This document shows positions 37,219 through 49,157 of a DNA stretch of 64,000 nt, piece after piece. Position numbers and translations under genes: made by a program. Positions within the stretch are counted from its first letter, which is position 1. Each line of letters starts with the position of its first letter. Below the pieces are notes generated by a model that ran no database searches, was not told the DNA's origin, and worked only from the letters and a program-made list of their open reading frames with translations. The DNA comes from Mustelus asterias (lineage: Eukaryota), in contig NW_027590172.1 in the NCBI RefSeq assembly GCF_964213995.1, positions 620,001-684,000 of the forward strand, in the 5' to 3' direction.

Positions 37219-38468
37219 ATGATGTGGAGATGCCGGCGTTGGACTGGGGTGAACACAGTAAGAAGTCTAACAACACCAGGTTAAAGTCCAACAGGATTAT
37301 TTGGTAGCAAAAGCCACTAGCTTTCGGAGCGCTGCTCCTTCGTCAGGTAAGTGGGAGTTCTGTTCACAAACAGAGCATATAAAGACACAACTCAATTTAC
37401 AGAATAATGGTTGGAATGCGAGTCTTTACAACTAATCAAGTCTTAAAGGTACAGACAATATGAGTGGAGAGAGGGTTAAGCACAGGTTAAAGAGATGTGT
37501 ATTGTCTCCAGCCAGGACAGTTTGTGAGATTTTGCAAGCCCAGGCAAGTTGTGGGGGTTACAGAGAGTGTGACATGAACCCAAGATGCCGGTTGAGGCCG
37601 TCCTCATGTGTGCGGAACTTGGCTATCAGTCTCTGCTCAGCGACGCTGCACTATCGTGTGTCTTGAAGGCCGCCTTGGAGAACGCTTACCCGAACATCAG
37701 AGGCCGAATGCCCGTGACCGCTGAAGTGTTCCCCAACAGGAAGAGAACACTCTTGCCTGGTGATTGTCGAGCGGTGTTCATTCATCCGTTGTCACAGTGT
37801 CTGCATGGTTTCCCTGATGTACCATGCCTCGGGACATCCTTTCCTGCAGCGTATCAGGTAGACAACATTGGCCGAGTTGCAAGTGTATGTACTGTGCACC
37901 TGGTGGATGGTGTTCTCACGTGAGATGATGGCATCCGTGTCGATGATCTGGCATGTCGTGCAGAAGTTGCTGTGGCAGGGTTGTTTGGTGTCGTGGTCAG
38001 TGTTCTCCTGAAGGCTGGGTAGTTTGCTGCAGACAATCGTCTGTTTGAGATTGTGCGGTTGTTTGAAGGCAAGAAGTGGGGGTGTGGGGACGGCCTAGGT
38101 GAGATGTTCGTCTTCATCAATGACATGTTGAAGGCTCCGGAGACGATGTCGTAGCTTCTCCGCTCCGGGGAAGTACTGGACGACGAAGGGTACTCTGTCC
38201 ACCGTGTCCCGTGTTTGTCTTCTGAGGAGGTCGGTGCGGTTTTTCGCTGTGGCGCGTCAGAACTGTCGATCATTGAGTCGAGCGCCATATCCTGTTCTTA
38301 TGAACAGGATTATGTAAATTATTTTGTAAATTGAGTTTGTGTCTTTATAAGCCCTGTTTGTGAACAGAACTCCCACTTTCCTGATGAAGGGGCAGCGCTC
38401 CGAAAGCTAGTAGTTTGTGCTACTAAATAAACCTGTTGGACTTTAACCTGGTGTTGTGAGACTTCTCA
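37219..38468 (-). mobile_element. Penelope-like retroelement (GIY-YIG endonuclease 3' part) with inverted pLTRs
   Basis: Minus strand encodes TYTCNSANVVYLIRCRKGCPEAWYIGET..RMNEHRSTI; about 140-bp inverted repeat 37260-37400 / 38320-38467, each with a hammerhead motif; TSD CATTATTTTA(G/A)TG. Confidence 0.9.
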
Positions 38469-38828
38469 CATTATTTTAATGCCCAGCAGATTATTTGGAC
38501 TGAAATTGGTCTCAGTGTGTCTCTGTGTTGTGAGTGTGTGTGTATTTGTGGAAGTCAGAGTGTTTTTTTGTCTGCATGTCTGTGTGTGCGAGTTTGCCTG
38601 TGTCTGTCTGAGAGTGTATGTCTGTGAATGTGTTTGTCTTCGAACTCGCCTGTTGCTATTTCTGAGGTTAGTTTCAACTCTCTAAATAAATTCGTCTGCG
38701 TTAATATAAAAAAATAGGAACAAGAAAAATATAGCAGCACAATCCTCCTACGTTTCTATGTTTGAAAATGATCCTTCAGTAGCCTGAGGGTTCAGTGATC
38801 TCCCAGGTAGAAGCCATTTACCTCACTT

Positions 38829-38846
38829 CGCCACTAGAGGGAGCTC
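38829..38846 (+). promoter_or_regulatory. CTCF motif, forward
   Basis: CGCCACTAGAGGGAGCTC. Confidence 0.7.
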
Positions 38847-39908
38847 CCTCACTGTGATTGTGTGGAATGAAGGAGTCTTGTGTTATTGTCAATATTTTCA
38901 TGTTTAAAAGATGTTTTTGTTAAAAGCTCATTGTCCGTCCAGTGACTCTGTTCATCCACATTTCTAAAACAAAAAGGTAAAGGTTACGGTCAATTGAGCC
39001 GGGGTTTTATTCTGGGACCTTCCTGCCCAGAAGTAACATCAGCTGGGATTGTAACTTAGCAGCAGAAACCCATCTTCTGTTCTATTCCCCCAATTCCCAC
39101 AAAATAGTTTTTAGATTTGGGTGAGTTTGTATAAAATTGACAACGGTGGAGATTCAAGACACTTAACAAGTGAATAAAGGCAAAAGATTCCACAGATTCT
39201 GCACAAACAAAATAAACTTTACTATACACAATGATAAAGGGAAAACAAGTTACAATATGTGGAAGGTAAAACATTCAAGGACTTTAGAGAGGAAAGGGAG
39301 ATGGGATGGTAGTTTACAAGGGCATGTGTCAAAGATATTTTATTGAGAAGTGGGTGATGATATCGGATTTGAAGGAGAGGAAGATATTGACAATATCAGC
39401 TGATGTAGAGAAGTTGTGCTGTCAGTAGCTCAGTGGGAATAGGATTGAGGGATCAGGAGATGGGTCTCATGGACAAGATGAGCTCTAAGAGGAGATGAGG
39501 GGAGGCAGGAGAGAAACTGCAGAAAGATGAGAGTTCAGAGCTCAGACAAAGGGCAGCGTTAGAGGAGGTTTGTTCCAGTGGGTTAGGGGAAGGAGGGAAG
39601 CAGTAGAGACAGCTGATTGGATTGTCTCAAACTTAGTGACAAAGAAGATTGTGAGTTTTATTCCCAATGAGCACTTGTGGGGAGGTGAAGATGGAAGAGG
39701 GACAAAGGGAGAGCAACTCAAAAGGAATTCAGTTGTGCTGATGATATTAAAAAGATTCACAGCACTGAACACAAAGATAATTTATTTGACTTTTATTCAG
39801 AATATTAAACAGTATAACTGGCTGGAGTTTATTAACATCAACAAAAACAAACGCAATGAACATATTACAGTCCTGGATAGGATTAACAGCAGATTCCAAT
39901 CACCATGG

Positions 39909-40776
39909 TTACTAGTGAATTCTTTCGTGTCTCAGCAGGTAGGATGACTGAGTGAATCTCTTCCCACTCTCAGAGCAGGTGAATGGCGTTTCCCCAGTGT
40001 GAGCTCGCTTGTGTCTCAGCAGGCTGGAGGACTGAATGAATCCCTTCCCACATTCAGAGCAGGTGAATGGCCTTTCCCCAGTGTGGGTGCGCTGGTGTAG
40101 AATGAGGTCATATGATCGCCTGAACCCAGTCCCACAGTGAGAGCACCTGAATGGTCTCTCATCAGTGTGAACACGTTGATGGGAAGTCAGTTCATCAGAA
40201 CTTTTAGAGCACTTCTCAGTCAGAGCATTTAATAGGTCTCTCCCCAGTGTGAATACGCTGGTGTGTCATTAGTTGGGATGACCGAGTGAATCCCTTTCCA
40301 CACTCGAAGCAGGTGAATGGCCTCTCCCCAGTGTGAATTCGCTGGTGTACAGTGAGGTTATGTGAATGCTTGAACCCAATCCCACAGTGAGAGCACCTGA
40401 ACAGTCTCTCATCAGTGTGAACACGTTGGTGGGACATCAGTTCCCAATAACTTTTGAAGCACTTCCCACAGTCTGAGCATTTAAAAGGTCTCTCCCCAGT
40501 GTGAACTCGTTGATGAGCAAGTAGATTGGATGACTGAGTGAATCCCTTCCCACACTCAGAGCAGGTGAATGGCCTCTCCCCAGTGTGACTGCGCCGATGA
40601 ATTTCCAGCTGGGATGGGTAATTAAATTCCTTCCCACAGTTCACACATTTCCACAGTTTTTCCAAGGAGTGATTGCACTTACGTTTTGACAGGCCAGAGG
40701 ATCGGCTGAAGCCTCGTCCACACACAGAACCTGTGTACGGTTTCTCCCCACTGGGAATAGTGCTTTTTCCTTCCAT
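39909..40776 (-). pseudogene. C2H2 zinc-finger gene truncated by a frameshift (ZNF-B)
   Basis: [13 protein letters not shown]... open to a stop at 40216 caused by a small deletion; more fingers continue in another frame to about 39910. It could still encode a shorter protein of about 5 fingers. Confidence 0.85.
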
Positions 40777-43700
40777 GTTCAAAATCCACTGATATTCAGT
40801 TATGATAAATTAGACGACTCTGGCAGTTCCTGATATGATATTTACTTTCAGTTTCCTGACTGCAAATCGTCCCCTTCTAGTCCCTGTGAAACTGATTTAA
40901 AACAGAAAAAAGGGGATTGAGAGTGAACCCATAGAGACAGGTGATGAATAGAATCCAGACCGAAGCAACAATAAATAAAACACGCAGGAGGCCAGGAACT
41001 GAGTATCGTCGAGATATTCAGCAGACTAGGCAGCCTGTGAGAGTTACAAACAGAATTGAGGGCTCCGGTTGCTGACTTGCCCTCAGTCTATAATGAAACA
41101 TCTAGAGTCACGCACTGACTAATGGCGGTCGCATTTCCCACAATGCTCTGCGCCCCAGAAACCCCTCTATTCAAAAGTTGCTCACCGTAAATCACTAATC
41201 ATAGAATCCTTCCAGTGCAGAAAGAGGCCATTTTACCCATCGAGTCTGTACTGACTCTGAGAGCATCTTTCCCAGGCTCACCCCCTATCCCAGTAACCCC
41301 ACGCACTTACTCTGCTATTCCCCATCCTGACCTTTTTCTTCACCCTGCCTGCAACCGCAACAATATATTCTGTACCCGACTCTGTTCCTTTCCCCCTGTG
41401 TACTTTACCAAGTTATGACTTTTTTCTGTATAACACGCAAGAAATAATTTTCACTGTATCCCAGAACACGCAACAATAACAAATCAAATTAGACCCTACA
41501 CATCTTGGGACACTAAGGGACAAATTTAACATGGTCAATTCACCGAACCTGCACATCTTTGGGCAGTGAGAGGAAACCAGAGCACCCAGAGGAAATGCAC
41601 ACAGACAGGGGGAGATTGTGCAAACTCCACACCTGAGGTGGAGATGTTGGACTGGGGTGGGCACAGTAAGAAGTCTCACAACACCAGGTTATCTGGAACC
41701 ACGAGCTTTTGGAGTGCTGATGAAGGAGCAACTTTGACAAACGGTCATCTGGACTCAAAATGTCAGTTCTTTTCTCTCTTTACAGATGCTGCCAGACCTG
41801 CTGAGATTTTCCAGCATTTTCTCTTTTGGTTTCAGATTCCAGAATCCGCAGTAATTTGCATTGATTCCAAATGAATTTATTGGAATTTAACCTGATATTG
41901 TGAGACTTCTTACTGTGTAAACTCCACACAGACAGTCACACACCCACGGCTGGAGTCGAACCCTGGCGTTGTGAGGCAGCAGTGCTAACCACTGTGTCAC
42001 AGTGAAGGGAGTTTGCAGCAAATTTCGGGTGATAACAATGGGCTGGATGTTGCTCAGAATGTGGAGCACTGCAGCAAAGTACAGAGAGACAGAGACAGAG
42101 CAGCAAACTGGACTGAGAAATGGAGTCTGCAGACTGGAACTGGCAGCATGAGGAGAGGTTATTTAGTCTAACACTCACAGCAATCTACAACCCACCCCCA
42201 TTACCGAGACAGTGAGACAGAGATTACAAACACTCACCAACACAGCTCCACTGAAACGTCCCAGGAAAAAGGGGGAACCTGTGGCAGTTCCTGTCCTGAT
42301 ATAACCCCAGGACTGTCACTCAAACCCCCAACCCGGCCCAGTTCACAGCTCAGCCTCTCAGCTTGCAGCTTCCTGCACCTCGAGCCAACCTTGCCCAGGT
42401 GTGGGAGGGTCTGTGGAACCACAGAATGGGGGGAGGGGTGACCTCCTGCTGTGTCCCAAATAGTTTGTCCTTCCCCTCCCCCTTGGCGCTCTAAGCTCTC
42501 AATGTGGACAGATTGCTGGACTTTGCTGAGCCTCACTGAGCTGCGCCTGTCCCTTATCCTGGGTCACCCCCTCTCCCTGGGTTTAGTGTGTGTGAAATCG
42601 CTGCTTGTTTCCCTGCTGAACCTTCAGTTAAACACAAACAGAAAATGCTGGAGAACCTCAGCATTTCTGGCAGCACCTATGATCATCCAGACTGGAAGCA
42701 TTAACTCTATTCGCTCACCACAGATGCAGTCAGATCCGCTGAGATTTCCAGCATTTTCTGTTTCAGATTCCAGCACCCGCAGTATTTTGCTTTTATCTTC
42801 ATTTAAACAAGCATTCTTTGATGGCCTTTACCCTGGTTGCTCCTTTCCAGAGCTTCCCACCTTCTGCTATTGTCCCTGACTCCCACATTAACTCTGTCAT
42901 TCCTCCCCTTTACCCCGCTCACCCTGTCTAAACTCAGGCTCAGAGTCTTACCGCCATCTCCCCCTCCCCCAGCCTCCACATCCCAACACCCGGAATCTCT
43001 AACCCAGCGGTTCCAGTTTATCTGGTTTGAGTTCAGATTTGCCGCAGCACCGACAGGATTTCACTTCAAACCAGCCGGAACTGACTGCTCACAAATCCCA
43101 AAATGTTTCTCCAGCAGCCCTGGCTTGTTAACGTTGTTTAAAGTCAGTTTCAGTTACTCTCTTCAGTTTAAAAAAACTTCTCCATTTAATTTAAGGTATT
43201 ATTCGCACCAGACACAAATATAAAACAGTGAACATTATCCCCCCACCCTGACCCGAGCTGGAGTGTCCCGAGGAAGAGACATCTGTTCCGGGTGTAACAA
43301 TTCTTCGACATTCTCTGTGACATAAAGCAGGAAACGCTGGAAATACTCAACAAGTCAGGCAGCCTCTGTGGAGAGAGAAACAGACTGAATGTGACCTGTC
43401 ATCGGAACTGGGAAATATATTATTTCCAGCAACTAAAAGAGACACTTTACAGCCTTCAGAACAAAACTGAGCTCAACAATTTTACACCACAATCTCTGCC
43501 CCCAGTGTGTTCTGTGTTTCGTTGTTGCTTTTTTCACCTCATTTCCCTCTTGTTTTCTTTACTTTGCATTCGGACTATTGCTAACCGGCTATTTACACCT
43601 CATCCAGATAATCTTTTGTGTCTTTACTTGTCCCATTAACACTCGTTTTGGTCTTGGGCTGCGAATCATGTTATCAGTTTGCAGATTTTTCATTTTGTTC

Positions 43701-44240
43701 TTCTCCACCTCCCTCTCTCCCTTCTTCACGGGTCTGGCTTTCCCTGTGTGGCTCCGGAGAACGAGCGGATTTAAGACGTCTGAAAGAGAGAGAATGAGAT
43801 TTTTTTTTCTCTCAGAGGGTCTTTGGTCTGTGGAATTCTCTTCCCCAGAGAGCAGTGGAGAGAGAGTCATTGAATATTTTTAAGGCTGATTCATTGAATT
43901 CTTGAGAGGAAAGTGGAGTTTTGGTCACAGTCAGATCAGCTGGGATCTTATCTGGAGCAGAGCAGCCCAAAGGTCTACTGCTGCTCTTGATTCATATGGA
44001 TGTTTAACTGTGTGTTTCACTCTGTTTCTGCCTCCACACAAACTGCCGGGCCTGTTGACTCTTTGTGGCGTTGACTGTTTTATTTCAGATTTTAACACTC
44101 TAACCTCACGGTTAAGCTATTGCAGAATATACGGAGGCATGGGATTGAGGGTGATTTAGCGGTTTGGATCAGGAATTGGCTAGCTGTAAGAAGATTTTAA
44201 ACTCTCTGGGAACTGTGCCCAGGGACACACACACACACAC

Positions 44241-45797
44241 AATTAATCCAGTTCTCCTGGATTTCTGCTCTGTAACATATCACTGTGTAATCCAACAATT
44301 AATCCAGTTCTCCTGGATTTCTGCTCTGTAACATATCACTGTGTAATCTAACAATTAATCCAGTTCCCTGGATTACTGCTCTGTAACATATCACTGTGTA
44401 ATCTAACAATTAATCCAGTTCCCCTGGATTTCTGCTCTGTAACATATCACTGTGTAATCTAACAATTAATCCAGTTCCCTGGATTACTGCTCTGTAACAT
44501 ATCACTGTGTAATCTAACAATTAATCCAGTTCCCCTGGATTACTGCTCTGTAATATGTCACTGTGTAATCTAACAATTAATCCAGTTCTCCTGGATTGCT
44601 GCTCTGTAACATATCACTGTGTAATCTAACAATTAATCCAGTTCCCTGGATTTCTGCTCTGTTACATATCACTGTGTAATCCAACAATGAATCAAGTTCT
44701 CCTGGATTTCTGCTCTGTAACATATCACTGTGTAATCCAACAATTAATCCAGTTCTCCTGGATTTCTGCTCTGTTACATATCACTGTGTAATCCAACAAT
44801 GAATCAAGTTCTCCTGGATTTCTGCTCTGTAACATATCACTGTGTAATCTAACAATTAATCCAGTTCTCCTGGATTTCTGCTCTGTTACATATCACTGTG
44901 TAATCCAACAATGAATCAAGTTCTCCTGGATTTCTGCTCTGTAACATATCACTGTGTAATCTAACAATTAATCCAGTTCTCCTGGATTTCTGCTCTGTTA
45001 CATATCACTGTGTAATCCAACAATGAATCAAGTTCTCCTGGATTTCTGCTCTGTAACATATCACTGTGTAATCTAACAATTAATCCAGTTCTCCTGGATT
45101 TCTGCTCTGTTACATATCACTGTGTAATCCAACAATTAATCCAGTTCTCCTGGATTACTGCTCTGTAACATATCACTGTGTAATCTAACAATTAATCCAG
45201 TTCTCCTGGATTACTGCTCTGTAACATATCACTGTGTAATCTAACAATTAATCCAGTTCCCCTGGATTTCTGCTCTGTTACATATCACTGTGTAATCCAA
45301 CAATTAATCCAGTTCTCCTGAATTTCTGCTCTGTAATATATCACTGTGTAATCCAACAATTAATCCAGTTCCCCTGGATTTCTGCTCTGTAACATATCAC
45401 TGTGTAATCTAACAATTAATCCAGTTCCCTGGATTACTGCTCTGTAACATATCACTGTGTAATCCAACAATTAATCCAGTTCTCCTGGATTACTGCTCTG
45501 TAACATATCACTGTGTAATCTAACAATTAATCCAGTTCCCCTGGATTTCTGCTCTGTAAAATATCACTGTGTAATCTAACAATTAATCCAGTTCTCCTGG
45601 ATTACTGCTCTGTAATATGTCACTGTGTAATCCAACAATTAATCCAGTTCCCCTGGATTACTGCTCTGTAACATATCACTGTGTAATCTAACAATTAATC
45701 CAGTTCTCCTGGATTCCTGCTCTGTGACATATCACTGTGTAATCCAACAATTAATCCAGTTCCCCTGGATTTCTGCTCTGTTACATTTCACTGTGTC
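44241..45797 (+). repeat. 56-bp (55-56) tandem array, 28 copies, each containing a 12-RSS-like motif
   Basis: Unit AATTAATCCAGTTCTCCTG-GATTTCTGC-TCTGTAACATAT-CACTGTG-TAATCCAAC; 28 CACTGTG counted from 44281 to 45789. Confidence 0.97.
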
Positions 45798-45841
45798 ATG
45801 GAACCCGCTCCTGCTGCAGTGAACACACAAACACAGCGAGG

Positions 45842-45859
45842 GAGCTCCCTCTTGTGGCG
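45842..45859 (-). promoter_or_regulatory. CTCF motif, reverse, about 45 bp after the array
   Basis: Reverse strand reads CGCCACAAGAGGGAGCTC. Confidence 0.65.
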
Positions 45860-47989
45860 ATGTGAGGTAAATGGCCTCTGCCTGGGAAATCACTGAAGTC
45901 TCAGATTACTGAAGGATCTTGTTGGAGGATTGTGCTGCTGTATTTTTCTTATTCCTATTATTTTTATTTGAATATATTTTAATGCAGACGAATCTATTCT
46001 CATAACTGATATCAATCTCGGAAACAAATACAGACAAACTCATAGACACACAAATACTCAGAAAAATGCAGACACATACATATGATTCCAAGAATAAATT
46101 AGATATAGCTCTTGGGGCTAAAGGTATGGGAAGAAGGGGGATCAGAATGTTGAATTCGATGATCAGCCATGATCAAAATGAATGGCGGAGCAGGCTCGAA
46201 GAGCCGAATGGCCTACTCCTGCTTCTAGTTTCTATCTTTCTATAATCTCACACAAACACACACACACGTACGCACAGATACACACTCATGCATACACACG
46301 CTCAGACACACACACTATCTCAGACACTCTCACAAACACAGAGACAGACTGAGACCATGAAGGGTTGATGTCAATCTCACTCTAAATAATCTGCTGGGCA
46401 AATTAAAATAACTGCAGCAAATCTGAAATTCAGTGTGTGAGTTTTATTGTGAAATGAGATAATGTATAAATATATCCCCATAGCTCAGGGTGGGAGTGGA
46501 ATTGATGATTTGTCTGCTGTATGAACAAATATTACATTGGAGAGATTATAAAGTTTGAATTGTAATATCTAATGGTGTGAAGTATCTGGGAGCAGAGTGG
46601 ATGTGGTAAAGGCTGGAATACAAACTGGGGGAATGAGGGTGAAACTGCTGTGCAGAGTGAATGGTTCTTGTTGTAGGGAGGGATGTGAGGAGGGATAGAG
46701 AGAGGGTTGGGGGGATGACCTTCCAGAATGTCTTTCCCAGCCTTGAGATCCAGGGAAGTTTTCAATATTAAAACAGAAAATGCTGACAATAAGAATCCAC
46801 ACTTTTCCAAGTACCAGTTGATTGCGCCCCAGATTATTGGTTTCATTTTTCTCCACCGCTGATGTTAAGATGATTGTTCTGTAATTTTTTGAACAGGGAT
46901 GTAACATTTACAATCTCTCAGCCTTTTGGCACCACTACTCGATAAGGAGGATTGGAAGATTGTGGTCAGAGCCTCCACAAGCTCCATGTGAAGGACAGTG
47001 TGTGTCAGAGTGCAGCAGTCCCTCAGTGTCAGACTGCAGTGTCAGCCTAGATAATGTGCTCAGCTTGATGAGTATTTCCTGTTGTTATTGATGTGGATCA
47101 TTCAGAAACAATGGACACTGATGATGTCATCCAGTCCTGCTGCGATGATGTCATAGAGACTATTACATCACAGCGGAGCCTTAGTGGTGAAAACAGTTTT
47201 GTTCCAGACGGCAGCAAGTCCATTCCTGATAGATCAGCAACTAGAATTACTGGGTCACAGAGCACAATATTAGGATGGATGGTCAAAACCTTGTTTGGAG
47301 AGACAGACCTTAACAAACACCTTTAATCTGGACAGTTAGGGAGGGAGTTTCAGAATCTCATATCCAGGCCTTGTTACATTCACTCAAAATATTTTACAGA
47401 AATTGATAAGTTATAATGATCAGGAAGGTTTGAAAAGCATTAATCTCATCTCTTAGGAACAATGTTGACCCCATTTTCTGTCTCAATCTGTTTCTCTTTG
47501 TCTCAGTTTACGAACTTCCATCCCATTCACTCTCACTGTCTCTTTTCCCCATTTACTTTGCTCCCTCTATTCACTTGCTCTCTGTCTGTAATAATCACAG
47601 TGGCTGCCGGTGATTCTCTGGCTATAATCAGATAAGAAATTAATCCGAAGTGTGCAGTCCCACCCAGCTGGACAACAATGGAGAGGCACTGGAGGAAGAT
47701 GGTTTGGTCAATGGTGTCAATAACTGCAGACTGGCTGAGAAGGACAGTGACAGATAGCTTACCTCAGTCATATTCACGCAGTAATTTGAGACTTTGGTAA
47801 GAGCTGGTTTAATACTGTGCGAAAGACAAATGTAATCAGAGGGATTCACACAGGGAATTTCAGGACATATGGGCAGAGATTTGGGAGATGACAGGGATTT
47901 TGGAAGTTGTAATGAGAGATGGGCAGGAGGGGAACAAAGACACTGGGGTCAAGGATGGGCTCGTGGGAGGAAGGGAAGCAACAGAGGCA

Positions 47990-48385
47990 GCTTTTTTTAT
48001 TTCATCTGTGGGACATGGATGTTGTTGCATGGCCAGCATTTATTGCAAGTTGCCCTTGAGAAGGTGGTGGTGAGCTGCCTTCTTGAACAACTGAGTGGCT
48101 TGCTCGGACATTTTAGAGTCAACCACACTGCTGTGGCTCTGCAGTCCCATGTAGGCCAGAGCAGGCAAGGACGGCAGATTTCCTTCCCTAAAGGACATCA
48201 TTAAACCAGATGGGTTTTTACGACAATTGTTTCACGGTCATCAGTAAATTCTTAATTCCAGATATTTTTTTATTGAATTCAAATTTCACCATCTGCCCTG
48301 GCGGGATTGAAACCTGGTACCCAGAACATTAGCTGAGTTTCTGGATTAACCGTCTAGTGTTAATACCACTAGGCCATCACCTCCC
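47990..48385 (-). mobile_element. tRNA-derived SINE of a second shark family; plus-strand copy at about 62680-63060
   Basis: Shared GGTGAAAT(C/T)TGAATTCAAT..ATCTGGAATTAA..CTTTAGGGAAGGAA..AATGTGGTTGACTCT core. Confidence 0.75.
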
Positions 48386-48400
48386 CTCAACCTTAGTGAC

Positions 48401-49062
48401 TGAAGTCAGGAATGGGTTAATGAACTTTGTCACACTTAAGCATTAAGACCCAAACTCTGTGATTTTGTTGAGAAGACTGCAGAGTTCATGTTTTCGTCAG
48501 AGTTCGGTGTTTTTCATGTCTGTACCAGATAAGAGGAACAGCTATTCTTGTTATTAAGAAATGTGATTAGCCCAGCTCAAAATAAGCTAAACAGTCTCCA
48601 TTTTTATGTACCTTTGTTTAACACGATGGAGTTGACATGTATGCCGTCTGTCTTTGAATCACCATAGATTCATATATATATTCATCATACGTTATTCATC
48701 TTATCCTGATATAAAGTATTATACAAACTTGTATGTAGATTAGTTAACTTATTTGTGCAAAACCTGTGATGTTGTTTCAAGGATATAAATGACGAACAAT
48801 CGTGGCCTTGGAGATCGAACAAACTACGCAGAGGAAGATACTGCTGATGCAACAAGAATCTCACCATGAACAATGACAGACATCTTAGAGAATTGCAATG
48901 TAATGAGGGCGGGGCCCCGGGACATATATAAACTCTGTTCTTACTTGTGTTCGATGAGAAGGCTGGGGGTCCACTGTTAGGAACCTCACTTCTCCCACAA
49001 TTGTGAAAATAAACACTGCATTTTGAACCACTAATAGTGTCAGAGGTTTTTTACCTACAACA
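48401..49062 (+). mobile_element. Solo LTR (662 bp)
   Basis: TG...CA ends, 5-bp TSD GTGAC (48396-48400 and 49063-49067), GC box, TATATAAA and AATAAA inside. The paralogous empty site CTTAGTGACAAAGAAG is at about 39632. Confidence 0.8.
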
Positions 49063-49157
49063 GTGACAAAGAAGCTCCATGCGCTCCTCACACTTGTTGT
49101 TGGAGGTAAGGATGGAGAAGACAAAGGAGAGGGAGAGCCCTTCAAAAGGATCCAAAG

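Larger units (their letters stand above)
36900..38850 (+). repeat. Inverted segmental duplication, copy A (copy B at about 45836-46710, minus)
   Basis: AAGAACCATTCACTCTGCACAGCAGTTTCA, CCCAGCAGATTATTT and CCATTTACCTCAC..CGCCAC.AGAGGGAGCTCCCTC all recur reverse-complemented at 45.8-46.7 kb. Only copy A carries the Penelope insertion. Confidence 0.85.

Noticed and set aside
44241-45797. CRISPR-like or true J-segment interpretation of the 56-bp array
   Set aside because: There are no unique spacers and the context is eukaryotic; no FGxG motif or splice donor occurs in the units.
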